Positions 29,801 through 45,190 of a stretch of DNA of 64,000 nt are shown here, piece by piece (position 1 is the first letter of the stretch; each line of letters opens with the position of its first letter). The position numbers and the translations under genes were made by a program. The stretch comes from Eledone cirrhosa (Eukaryota): NCBI GenBank assembly GCA_964016885.1, contig OZ024753.1, positions 24,552,001-24,616,000 on the forward strand, written 5' to 3'. Below the pieces are notes generated by a model that ran no database searches, was not told the DNA's origin, and saw only the letters and a list, made by a program, of their open reading frames with translations.

Positions 29801-32800
29801 ACAGACAGAGGACTAACACGGCATGTAACAGACAGAGGACTAACACTGTATGTAACAGACAGAGGACTAACACTGTATGTAACAGACAGAGGACTAACAC
29901 TGTATGTAAGAAGCAGAGGACTAACATTGTATGTAACAGACAGAGGACTAACACGATATGTAACAGACAGAGGAATAACACTGTATGTAACAGACAGAGG
30001 ACTAACACTGTATGTAACAGACAGAGGGTTAACACTATATGTAACAGACAGAGGACTAAGCCTGTATGTAACAGACAGAGGACTAACACTGTATGTAACA
30101 GACAGAGGACTAACACTGTATGTAACAGAAAGAGGGTTAACACTGTATGAAACAGACAGAGGACTAACCCTGTATGTAACAGACAGAGGACTAACACGAT
30201 ATGTAACAGACAGAGGACTAACACTGTATGTAACAGACAGAGGACTAATACTGTATGTAACAGACAGAGGGTTAACTCTGTATGTAACAGACAGAGGACT
30301 AACACTGTATGTAACAGACAGAGGTCTAACTCTGTATGTAACAGACAGAGGACTAACACGATATGTAACAGACAGAGGACTAACACTGTATGTAACAGAC
30401 AGAGAACTAACACTATATGTAACAGACAGAGGACTAACCCTGTATCTAACAGACAGAGGACTAACACTGTATGTAACAGACAGAGGACTAACACTGTATG
30501 TAACAGACAGAGGACTAACACTGTATGCAACAGACAGAGGACTAACACTGTATGCAACAGAGAGAGGACGAACACTGTATGCAACAGACAGAGGACTAAC
30601 ACTGTATGTAACAGACAGAGGACTAACACTGTATGTAACAGACAGACGACTAACACTGTATGTAACAGACAGCGGACGAACACTGTATGTAACAGACTGA
30701 GGACTAATACTGTATGTAACAGACAGAGGACTAACACTGTATGTAACAGACAGAGGACTAACACTGTATGTAACAGACAGAGGACTAACACTGTATGTAA
30801 CATACAGAGGACTAACACTGTATGTAACAGACAGAGGGATAACACTGTATGTAACAGACAGAGGACTAACATTGTATGTAACAGACAGAGGACTAACACT
30901 GTATGTAACAGACAGAGGGCTAACACTGTATGTAACAGACAGAGGATTAACACTGTATGTAACAGACAGAGGGCTAACACTGTATGTAGCAGGCAGAGGA
31001 CTGACACTGTATGTCACAGACAGAGGAATAACAGTGTATGTAACAGACAGAGGACTAACACAGTATGTAACAGACAGAGGACTCATACTGCATGTAACAG
31101 ACAGAGGGTTAACACTGTATGTAACAGACAGAGGACTAACCCTGTATGTAACAGACAGAGGACTAACTGTGTATGTAACAGACAGAGGACTAACACTGTA
31201 TGTAACAGACAGAGGACTAACACAGTATGTAACAGACAGAGGACTAACACTGTATGCAACAGACAGAGGACTAACACTGTATGTAACAGACAGAGGACGA
31301 ACACTGTATGTAACAGACAGAGGGATAACACTGTATGTAACAGACAGCGGACTAACACTGTATGTAACAGACAGAGGACTAACACTGTATGTAACAGACA
31401 GAGGACTAACACTGTATGTAACATACAGAGGACTAACACTGTATGTAACAGACAGAGGGATAACACTGTATGTAACAGACAGAGGACTAACACTGTATGT
31501 AACAGACAGAGGACTAACACTGTATGTAACAGACAGAGGACTAACACTGTATGTAACAGACAGAGGACTAACACTGTATGTAAGAAGCAGAGGACTAACA
31601 TTGTATGTAACAGACAGAGGACTAACACGATATGTAACAGACAGAGGAATAACACTGTATGTAACAGACAGAGGACTAACTGTGTATGTAACAGACAGAA
31701 GACTAACACTGTATGTAACAGACAGAGGACTAACACAGTATGTAACAGACAGAGGGTTAACTCTGTATGTAACAGACAGAGGACTAACACGGCATGTAAC
31801 AGACAGAGGACTAACACTGTATGTAACAGACAGAGGACTAACACTGTATGTAACAGACAGAGGACTAACACTGTATGTAAGAAGCAGAGGACTAACATTG
31901 TATGTAACAGACAGAGGACTAACACGATATGTAACAGACAGAGGAATAACACTGTATGTAACAGACAGAGGACTAACACTGTATGTAACAGACAGAGGGT
32001 TAACACTATTTGTAACAGACAGAGGACTAAGCCTGTATGTAACAGACAGAGGACTAACACTGTATGTAACAGACAGAGGACTAACACTGTATGTAACAGA
32101 AAGAGGGTTAACACTGTATGAAACAGACAGAGGACTAACCCTGTATGTAACAGACAGAGGACTAACACGATATGTAACAGACAGAGGACTAACACTGTAT
32201 GTAACAGACAGAGGACTAATACTGTATGTAACAGACAGAGGGTTAACTCTGTATGTAACAGACAGAGGACTAACACTGTATGTAACAGACAGAGGTCTAA
32301 CTCTGTATGTAACAGACAGAGGACTAACACGATATGTAACAGACAGAGGACTAACACTGTATGTAACAGACAGAGAACTAACACTATATGTAACAGACAG
32401 AGGACCAATACTGTATGTAACAGACAGAGGACTAACACTGTATGTAACAGACAGAGGTCTAACTCTGTATGTAACAGACAGAGGACTAACACGATATGTA
32501 ACAGACAGAGGACTAACACTGTATGTAACAGACAGAGAACTAACACTATATGTAACAGACAGAGGACTAACACTGTATGTAACAGACAGAGGACTAACAC
32601 TGTATGTAACAGACAGAGGACTAACACTGTATGCAACAGACAGAGGACTAACACTGTATGCAACAGACAGAGGACGAACACTGTATGCAACAGACAGAGG
32701 ACTAACACTGTATGTAACAGACAGAGGACTAACACTGTATGTAACAGACAGAGGACTAACTCTGTATGTAACAGACAGACGACTAACACTGTATGTAACA

Positions 32801-35079
32801 GACAGCGGACGAACACTGTATGTAACAGACAGAGGACTAATACTGTATGTAACAGACAGAGGACTAACACTGTATGTAACAGACAGAGGACTAACACTGT
32901 ATGTAACAGACAGAGGACTAACACTGTATGTAACATACAGAGGACTAACACTGTATGTAACAGACAGAGGGATAACACTGTATGTAACAGACAGAGGACT
33001 AACATTGTATGTAACAGACAGAGGACTAACACTGTATGTAACAGACAGAGGGCTAACACTGTATGTAACAGACAGAGGACTAACACTGTATGTAACAGAC
33101 AGAGGGCTAACACTGTATGTAACAGGCAGAGGACTGACACTGTATGTCACAGACAGAGGAATAACAGTGTATGTAACAGACAGAGGACTAACACAGTATG
33201 TAGCAGACAGAGGACTCATACTGCATGTAACAGACAGAGGGTTAACACTGTATGTAACAGACAGAGGACTAACCCTGTATGTAACAGACAGAGGACTAAC
33301 TGTGTATGTAACAGACAGAGGACTAACACTGTATGTAACAGACAGAGGACTAACACTGTATGTAAGAAGCAGAGGACTAACATTGTATGTAACAGACAGA
33401 GGACTAACACGATATGTAACAGACAGAGGAATAACACTGTATGTAACAGACAGAGGACTAACACTGTATGTAACAGACAGAGGGTTAACACTATATGTAA
33501 CAGACAGAGGACTAAGCCTGTATGTAACAGACAGAGGACTAACACTGTATGTAACAGACAGAGGACTAACACTGTATGTAACAGAAAGAGGGTTAACACT
33601 GTATGAAACAGACAGAGGACTAACCCTGTATGTAACAGACAGAGGACTAACACGATATGTAACAGACAGAGGACTAACACTGTATGTAACAGACAGAGGA
33701 CTAACACTGTATGTAACATACAGAGGACTAGCACTGTATGTAACAGACAGAGGGATAACACTGTATGTAACAGACAGAGGACTAACACTGTATGTAACAG
33801 ACAGAGGACTAACACTGTATGTAACAGACAGAGGACTAACACTGTATGTAACAGACAGAGGACTAACACAGTATGTAACAGACAGAGGGCTAACACTGTA
33901 TGTAACAGGCAGAGGACTGACACTGTATGTCACAGACAGAGGAATAACAGTGTATGTAACAGACAGAGGACTAACACTGTATGTAACAGACAGAGGACTC
34001 ATACTGCATGTAACAGACAGAGGGTTAACACTGTATGTAACGGACAGAGGACTAACCCTGTATGTAACAGACAGAGGACTAACTGTGTATGTAACAGACA
34101 GAGGACTAACACTGTATGTAACAGACAGAGGACTGAAACTGTATGTAACAGACAGAGGACTAACACTGTATGTAACAGACAGAGGACTAACACTGTATGT
34201 AACAGACAGACGACTAACACTGTATGTAACAGACAGCGCACGAACACTGTATGTAACAGACAGAGGACTAATACTGTATGTAACAGACAGAGGACTAACA
34301 CTGTATGTAACAGACAGAGGACTAACACTGTATGTAACAGACAGCGGTCTAACACTGTATGTAACAGACAGAGGACTGACACTGTATGTAACAGACAGAG
34401 GACTAACACTGTATGTAACAGACAGAGGACTAACACTGTATGTAACAGGCAGAGGGTTAACACTGTATGTAACAGACAGAGGGTTAACTCTGTATGTAAC
34501 AGACAGAGGACTAACACGGCATGTAACAGACAGAGGACTAACACTGTATGTAACAGACAGAGGGTTAACTCTGTATGTAACAGACAGAGGACTAACACGG
34601 CATGTAACAGACAAAGGACTAACACTGTATGTAACAGACAGAGGACTAACACTGTATGCAACCGACAGAGGACGAACACTGTATGTAACAGACAGAGGAC
34701 TAACACTGTATGTAACAGACAGAGGGTTAACACTGTATGTAACTGACAGACAGGTCTAACACTGTATGTAACAGACAGAGGACTTACACTGTATGTAACA
34801 TACAGAGGACTAACACTGTATGTAACAGACAGAGGGTTAACACTGTATGTAACAGACAGGACTAACCCTGTATGTAACAGACAGAGGACTAACTGTGTAT
34901 GTAACAGACAGAGGACTAACACTGTATGTAACAGACAGACGACTAACACTGTATGTAACAGACAGCGCACGAACACTGTATGTAACAGACAGAGGACTAA
35001 TACTGTATGTAACAGACAGAGGACTAACACTGTATGTAACAGACAGAGGACTAACACTGTATGTAACAGACAGACGACT

Positions 35080-38000
35080 AACACTGTATGTAACAGACAG
35101 CGCACGAACACTGTATGTAACAGACAGAGGACTAATACTGTATGTAACAGACAGAGGACTAACACTGTATGTAACAGACAGAGGACTAACACTGTATGTA
35201 ACAGACAGCGGTCTAACACTGTATGTAACAGACAGAGGACTGACACTGTATGTAACAGACAGAGGACTAACACTGTATGTAACAGACAGAGGACTAACAC
35301 AGTATGTAACAGACAGAGGGTTAACTCTGTATGTAACAGACAGAGGACTAACACGGCATGTAACAGACAGAGGACTAACACTGTATGTAACAGACAGAGG
35401 ACTAACACTGTATGTAACAGACAGAGGACTAACACGATATGTAACAGACAGAGGAATAACACTGTATGTAACAGACAGAGGACTAACTGTGTATGTAACA
35501 GACAGAGGACTAACACTGTATGTAACAGACAGAGGACTAACACATTATGTAACAGACAGAGGGTTAACTCTGTAACAGACAGAGGACTAACACGGCATGT
35601 AACAGACAGAGGACTAACACTGTATGTAACAGACAGAGGACTAACACAGTATGTAACAGACAGAGGACTAACACTGTATGTAAGAAGCAGAGGACTAACA
35701 TTGTATGTAACAGACAGAGCACTAACACGATATGTAACAGACAGAGGAATAACACTGTATGTAACAGACAGAGGACTAACATTGTATGTAACAGACAGAG
35801 GGTTAACACTATATGTAACAGACAGAGGACTAAGCCTGTATGTAACAGACAGAGGACTAACACTGTATGTAACAGACAGAGGACTAACCCTGTATGTAAC
35901 AGACAGAGGACGAACACGATATGTAACAGACAGAGGACTAACATTGTATGTAACAGACAGAGGACTAATACTGTATGTAACAGACAGAGGGTTAACTCTG
36001 TATGTAACAGACAGAGGACTAACACTGTATGTAACAGACAGAGGTCTAACTCTGTATGTAACAGACAGAGGACTAACACGATATGTAACAGACAGCGGAC
36101 TAACACTGTATGTAACAGACAGAGGACTAATACTGTATGTAACAGACAGAGGACTAACACTGTATTTAACAGAAATAGGGTTAACAATGTATGTAACAGA
36201 TAGAGGACTAACCCTGTATGTAACAGACAGAGGACTAACACTGTATGTAACAGACAGAGGACTAACACTGTATGTAACAGACAGAGGACTAACACTGTAT
36301 GCAACAGACAGAGGACTAACACTGTATGTAACAGACAGAGGACGAACACTGTATGCAACAGACAGAGGACTAATACTGTATGTAACAGACAGAGGACTAA
36401 CACTGTATGTAACAGACAGAGGACTAACACTGTATGTAACAGACAGACGACTAACACTGTATGTAACAGACAGCGGACGAACACTGTATGTAACAGACAG
36501 AGGACTAATACTGTATGTAACAGACAGAGGACTAACACTGTATCTAACAGACAGAGGACTAACACTGTATGTAACAGTCAGAGGACTAACACTGTATGCA
36601 ACCGACAGAGGACGAACACTGTATGTAACAGACAGAGGACTAACACTGTATGTAACAGACAGAGGGTTAACACTGTATGTAACAGACAGAGGACTAACAC
36701 TGTATGTAACAGACAGAGGACTAACACTGTATGTAACATACAGAGGACTAACACTGCATGTAACAGACAGAGGGTTAACACTGTATGTAACAGACAGAGG
36801 ACTAACCCTGTATGTAACAGACAGAGGACTAACTGTGTATGTAACAGACAGAGGACTAACACTGTATGTAACAGACAGAGGACTAACACAGTATGTAACA
36901 GACAGAGGGTTAACTCTGTATGTAACAGACAGAGGACTAACACGGCATGTAACAGACAGAGGACTAACACTGTATGTAACAGACAGAGGACTAACACTGT
37001 ATGTAACAGACAGAGGACTAACACTGTATGTAAGAAGCAGAGGACTAACATTGTATGTTACAGACAGAGGACTAACACGATATGTAACAGACAGAGGAAT
37101 AACACTGTATGTAACAGACAGAGGACTAACTGTGTATGTAACAGACAGAGGACTAACACTGTATGTAACAGACAGAGGACTAACACAGTATGTAACAGAC
37201 AGAGGGTTAACTCTGTATGTAACAGACAGAGGACTAACACGGCATTTAACAGACAGAGGACTAACACTGTATGTAACAGACAGAGGACTAACACTGTATG
37301 TAACAGACAGAGGACTAACACTGTATGTAATAAGCAGAGGACTAACATTGTATGTAACAGACAGAGGACTAACACGATATGTAACAGACAGAGGAATAAC
37401 ACTGTATATAACAGACAGAGGACTAACACTGTATGTAACAGACAGAGGGTTAACACTATATGTAACAGACAGAGGACTAAGCCTCTATGTAACAGACAGA
37501 GGACTAACACTGTATGTAACAGACAGAGGACTAACACTGTATGTAACAGAAAGAGGGTTAACACTGTAAGTAACAGACAGAGGACTAACCCTGTATGTAA
37601 CAGACAGAGGACTAACACGATATGTAACAGACAGAGGACTAACACTGTATGTAACAGACAGAGGACTAATACTGTATGTAACAGACAGAGGGTTAACTCT
37701 GTATGTAACAGACAGAGGACTAACACTGTATGTAACAGACAGAGGTCTAACTCTGTATGTAACAGACAGAGGACTAACACGATATGTAACAGACAGAGGA
37801 CTAACACTGTATGTAACAGACAGAGAACTAACACTATATGTAACAGACAGAGGACTAATACTGTATGTAACAGACAGAGGACTAACACTGTATGTAACAG
37901 AAATAGGGTTAACAATGTATGTAACAGATAGAGGACTAACCCTGTATGTAACAGACAGAGGACTAACACTGTATGTAACAGACAGAGGACTAACATTGTA

Positions 38001-41000
38001 TGTAACAGACAGAGGACTAACACTGTATGCAACAGACAGAGGACTAACACTGTATGTAACAGACAGAGGACGAACACTGTATGCAACAGACAGAGGACTA
38101 ATACTGTATGTAACAGACAGAGGACTAACACTGTATGTAACAGACAGAGGACTAACACTGTATGTAACAGACAGACGACTAACACTGTATGTAACAGACA
38201 GCGGACGAACACTGTATGTAACAGACAGAGGACTAATACTGTATGTAACAGACAGAGGACTAACACTGTATGTAACAGACAGAGGACTAACACTGTATGT
38301 AACAGACAGAGGACTAACACTGTATGTAACAGACAGAGGGATAACACTGTATGTAACAGACAGAGGACTAACACTGTATGTAACAGACAGAGGACTAACA
38401 CTGTATGTAACAGACAGAGGGCTAACACTGTATGTAACAGACAGAGGGCTAACGCTGTATGTAACAGGCAGAGGACTGACACTGTATGTCACAGACAGAG
38501 GAATAACAGTGTATGTAACAGACAGAGGACTAACACTGTATGTAACAGACAGAGGACTCATACTGCATGTAACAGACAGAGGGTTAACACTGTATGTAAC
38601 AGACAGAGGACTAACCCTGTATGTAACAGACAGAGGACTAACACTGTATGTAACAGACAGAGGACTGACACTGTATGTAACAGACAGAGGACTAACACTG
38701 TATGTAACAGACAGAGGACTAACACTGTATGTAACAGACAGCGGACTAACACTGTATGTAACAGACAGAGGACTAACACTGTATGTAACAGACAGAGGAC
38801 TAACACTGTATGTAACAGACAGAGGACTAACACTGTATGCAACAGACAGAGGACTAACACTGTATGTAACAGACAGAGGACGAACACTGTATGCAACAGA
38901 CAGAGGACTAACACTGTATGTAACAGACAGAGGACTAACACTGTATGTAACAGACAGTCGACTAACACTGTATGTAACAGACAGCGGACGAACACTGTAT
39001 GTAACAGACAGCGGACGAACACTGTATGTAACAGACAGAGGACTAATACTGTATGTAACAGACAGAGGACTAACACTGTATGTAACAGACAGAGGACTAA
39101 CACTGTATGTAACAGACAGCGGTCTAACACTGTATGTAACAGACAGAGGACTGACACTGTATGTAACAGACAGAGGACTAACACTGTATGTAACAGACAG
39201 AGGACTAACACTGTATGTAACAGGCAGAGGGTTAACACTGTATGTAACAGACAGAGGGTTAACTCTGTATGTAATAGACAGAGGAATAAGACGGCATGTA
39301 ACAGACAGAGGACTAACACTGTATGTAACAGACAGAGGGTTAACTCTGCATGTAACAGACAGAGGACTAAGACGGCATGTAACAGACAGAGGACTAACAC
39401 TGTATGTAACAGACAGAGGACTAACACTGTATGCAACCGACAGAGGAAGAACACTGTATGTAACAGACAGAGGACTAACACTGTATGTAACAGACAGAGG
39501 GTTAACACTGTATGTGACAGACAGAGGACTAACACTGTATGTAACAGACAGAGGACTAACACTGTATGTAACATACAGAGGACTAACACTGTATGTAACA
39601 GTCAGAGGGTTAACACTGTATGTAACAGACAGAGGACTAACCCTGTATGTAACAGACAGAGGACTAACTATGTATGTAACAGACAGAGGACTAACACTGT
39701 ATGTAACAGACAGAGGACTAACACAGTATGTAACAGACACAGGGTTGACTCTGTATGTAACAGACAGAGGACTAACACGGCATGTAACAGACAGAGGACT
39801 AACACTGTATGTAACAGACAGAGGACTAACACTGTATGTAACAGACAGAGGACTAACACTGTATGTAAGAAGCAGAGGACTAACATTGTATGTAACAGAC
39901 AGAGGACTAACAAGATATGTAACAGACAGAGGAATAACACTGTATGTAACAGACAGAGGACTAACTGTGTATGTAACAGACAGAGGACTAACACTGTATG
40001 TAACAGACAGAGGACTAACACAGTATGTAACAGACAGAGGACTAACACTGTATGTAACAGACAGAGGACTGACACTGAATGTAACAGACAGAGGACTAAC
40101 ACTGTATGTAACAGACAGAGGACTAACACTGTATGTAACAGACAGCGCACGAACACTGTATGTAACAGACAGAGGACTAATACTGTATGTAACAGACAGA
40201 GGACTAACACTGTATGTAACAGACAGAGGACTAACACTGTATGTAACAGACAGCGGTCTAACACTGTATGTAACAGACAGAGGACTGACACTGTATGTAA
40301 CAGACAGAGGACTAACACTGTATGTAACAGACAGAGGACTAACACAGTATGTAACAGACAGAGGGTTAACTCTGTATGTAACAGACAGAGGACTAACACG
40401 GCATGTAACAGACAGAGGACTAACACTGTATGTAACAGACAGAGGACTAACACTGTATGTAACAGACAGAGGACTAACACGATATGTAACAGACAGAGGA
40501 ATAACACTGTATGTAACAGACAGAGGACTAACTGTGTATGTAACAGACAGAGGACTAACACTGTATGTAACAGACAGAGGACTAACACATTATGTAACAG
40601 ACAGAGGGTTAACTCTGTAACAGACAGAGGACTAACACGGCATGTAACAGACAGAGGACTAACACTGTATGTAACAGACAGAGGACTAACACAGTATGTA
40701 ACAGACAGAGGACTAACACTGTATGTAAGAAGCAGAGGACTAACATTGTATGTAACAGACAGAGCACTAACACGATATGTAACAGACAGAGGAATAACAC
40801 TGTATGTAACAGACAGAGGACTAACATTGTATGTAACAGACAGAGGGTTAACACTATATGTAACAGACAGAGGACTAAGCCTGTATGTAACAGACAGAGG
40901 ACTAACACTGTATGTAACAGACAGAGGACTAACCCTGTATGTAACAGACAGAGGACGAACACGATATGTAACAGACAGAGGACTAACATTGTATGTAACA

Positions 41001-44000
41001 GACAGAGGACTAATACTGTATGTAACAGACAGAGGGTTAACTCTGTATGTAACAGACAGAGGACTAACACTGTATGTAACAGACAGAGGTCTAACTCTGT
41101 ATGTAACAGACAGAGGACTAACACGATATGTAACAGACAGCGGACTAACACTGTATGTAACAGACAGAGGACTAATACTGTATGTAACAGACAGAGGACT
41201 AACACTGTATTTAACAGAAATAGGGTTAACAATGTATGTAACAGATAGAGGACTAACCCTGTATGTAACAGACAGAGGACTAACACTGTATGTAACAGAC
41301 AGAGGACTAACACTGTATGTAACAGACAGAGGACTAACACTGTATGCAACAGACAGAGGACTAACACTGTATGTAACAGACAGAGGACGAACACTGTATG
41401 CAACAGACAGAGGACTAATACTGTATGTAACAGACAGAGGACTAACACTGTATGTAACAGACAGAGGACTAACACTGTATGTAACAGACAGACGACTAAC
41501 ACTGTATGTAACAGACAGCGGACGAACACTGTATGTAACAGACAGAGGACTAATACTGTATGTAACAGACAGAGGACTAACACTGTATCTAACAGACAGA
41601 GGACTAACACTGTATGTAACAGTCAGAGGACTAACACTGTATGCAACCGACAGAGGACGAACACTGTATGTAACAGACAGAGGACTAACACTGTATGTAA
41701 CAGACAGAGGGTTAACACTGTATGTAACAGACAGAGGACTAACACTGTATGTAACAGACAGAGGACTAACACTGTATGTAACATACAGAGGACTAACACT
41801 GCATGTAACAGACAGAGGGTTAACACTGTATGTAACAGACAGAGGACTAACCCTGTATGTAACAGACAGAGGACTAACTGTGTATGTAACAGACAGAGGA
41901 CTAACACTGTATGTAACAGACAGAGGACTAACACAGTATGTAACAGACAGAGGGTTAACTCTGTATGTAACAGACAGAGGACTAACACGGCATGTAACAG
42001 ACAGAGGACTAACACTGTATGTAACAGACAGAGGACTAACACTGTATGTAACAGACAGAGGACTAACACTGTATGTAAGAAGCAGAGGACTAACATTGTA
42101 TGTTACAGACAGAGGACTAACACGATATGTAACAGACAGAGGAATAACACTGTATGTAACAGACAGAGGACTAACTGTGTATGTAACAGACAGAGGACTA
42201 ACACTGTATGTAACAGACAGAGGACTAACACAGTATGTAACAGACAGAGGGTTAACTCTGTATGTAACAGACAGAGGACTAACACGGCATTTAACAGACA
42301 GAGGACTAACACTGTATGTAACAGACAGAGGACTAACACTGTATGTAACAGACAGAGGACTAACACTGTATGTAATAAGCAGAGGACTAACATTGTATGT
42401 AACAGACAGAGGACTAACACGATATGTAACAGACAGAGGAATAACACTGTATATAACAGACAGAGGACTAACACTGTATGTAACAGACAGAGGGTTAACA
42501 CTATATGTAACAGACAGAGGACTAAGCCTCTATGTAACAGACAGAGGACTAACACTGTATGTAACAGACAGAGGACTAACACTGTATGTAACAGAAAGAG
42601 GGTTAACACTGTAAGTAACAGACAGAGGACTAACCCTGTATGTAACAGACAGAGGACTAACACGATATGTAACAGACAGAGGACTAACACTGTATGTAAC
42701 AGACAGAGGACTAATACTGTATGTAACAGACAGAGGGTTAACTCTGTATGTAACAGACAGAGGACTAACACTGTATGTAACAGACAGAGGTCTAACTCTG
42801 TATGTAACAGACAGAGGACTAACACGATATGTAACAGACAGAGGACTAACACTGTATGTAACAGACAGAGAACTAACACTATATGTAACAGACAGAGGAC
42901 TAATACTGTATGTAACAGACAGAGGACTAACACTGTATGTAACAGAAATAGGGTTAACAATGTATGTAACAGATAGAGGACTAACCCTGTATGTAACAGA
43001 CAGAGGACTAACACTGTATGTAACAGACAGAGGACTAACATTGTATGTAACAGACAGAGGACTAACACTGTATGCAACAGACAGAGGACTAACACTGTAT
43101 GTAACAGACAGAGGACGAACACTGTATGCAACAGACAGAGGACTAATACTGTATGTAACAGACAGAGGACTAACACTGTATGTAACAGACAGAGGACTAA
43201 CACTGTATGTAACAGACAGACGACTAACACTGTATGTAACAGACAGCGGACGAACACTGTATGTAACAGACAGAGGACTAATACTGTATGTAACAGACAG
43301 AGGACTAACACTGTATGTAACAGACAGAGGACTAACACTGTATGTAACAGACAGAGGACTAACACTGTATGTAACAGACAGAGGGATAACACTGTATGTA
43401 ACAGACAGAGGACTAACACTGTATGTAACAGACAGAGGACTAACACTGTATGTAACAGACAGAGGGCTAACACTGTATGTAACAGACAGAGGGCTAACGC
43501 TGTATGTAACAGGCAGAGGACTGACACTGTATGTCACAGACAGAGGAATAACAGTGTATGTAACAGACAGAGGACTAACACTGTATGTAACAGACAGAGG
43601 ACTCATACTGCATGTAACAGACAGAGGGTTAACACTGTATGTAACAGACAGAGGACTAACCCTGTATGTAACAGACAGAGGACTAACACTGTATGTAACA
43701 GACAGAGGACTGACACTGTATGTAACAGACAGAGGACTAACACTGTATGTAACAGACAGAGGACTAACACTGTATGTAACAGACAGCGGACTAACACTGT
43801 ATGTAACAGACAGAGGACTAACACTGTATGTAACAGACAGAGGACTAACACTGTATGTAACAGACAGAGGACTAACACTGTATGCAACAGACAGAGGACT
43901 AACACTGTATGTAACAGACAGAGGACGAACACTGTATGCAACAGACAGAGGACTAACACTGTATGTAACAGACAGAGGACTAACACTGTATGTAACAGAC

Positions 44001-45190
44001 AGTCGACTAACACTGTATGTAACAGACAGCGGACGAACACTGTATGTAACAGACAGCGGACGAACACTGTATGTAACAGACAGAGGACTAATACTGTATG
44101 TAACAGACAGAGGACTAACACTGTATGTAACAGACAGAGGACTAACACTGTATGTAACAGACAGCGGTCTAACACTGTATGTAACAGACAGAGGACTGAC
44201 ACTGTATGTAACAGACAGAGGACTAACACTGTATGTAACAGACAGAGGACTAACACTGTATGTAACAGGCAGAGGGTTAACACTGTATGTAACAGACAGA
44301 GGGTTAACTCTGTATGTAATAGACAGAGGAATAACACGGCATGTAACAGACAGAGGACTAACACTGTATGTAACAGACAGAGGGTTAACTCTGCATGTAA
44401 CAGACAGAGGACTAAGACGGCATGTAACAGACAGAGGACTAACACTGTATGTAACAGACAGAGGACTAACACTGTATGCAACCGACAGAGGAAGAACACT
44501 GTATGTAACAGACAGAGGACTAACACTGTATGTAACAGACAGAGGGTTAACACTGTATGTGACAGACAGAGGACTAACACTGTATGTAACAGACAGAGGA
44601 CTAACACTGTATGTAACATACAGAGGACTAACACTGTATGTAACAGTCAGAGGGTTAACACTGTATGTAACAGACAGAGGACTAACCCTGTATGTAACAG
44701 ACAGAGGACTAACTATGTATGTAACAGACAGAGGACTAACACTGTATGTAACAGACAGAGGACTAACACAGTATGTAACAGACACAGGGTTGACTCTGTA
44801 TGTAACAGACAGAGGACTAACACGGCATGTAACAGACAGAGGACTAACACTGTATGTAACAGACAGAGGACTAACACTGTATGTAACAGACAGAGGACTA
44901 ACACTGTATGTAAGAAGCAGAGGACTAACATTGTATGTAACAGACAGAGGACTAACAAGATATGTAACAGACAGAGGAATAACACTGTATGTAACAGACA
45001 GAGGACTAACTGTGTATGTAACAGACAGAGGACTAACACTGTATGTAACAGACAGAGGACTAACACAGTATGTAACAGACAGAGGACTAACACTGTATGT
45101 AACAGACAGAGGACTGACACTGAATGTAACAGACAGAGGACTAACACTGTATGTAACAGACAGAGGACTAACACTGTATGTAACAGACAG
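35080..45190. repeat. Tandem duplication of a 5045-bp satellite block (187 units minus a 4-bp deletion)
   Basis: Paired ORFs are offset by exactly 5045 (35701/40746, 36578/41623, 37058/42103, 38558/43603). Private variants, including a 4-bp deletion (about 35571/40616) and CTGAATG (about 40075/45120), occur in both copies. Confidence 0.92.
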
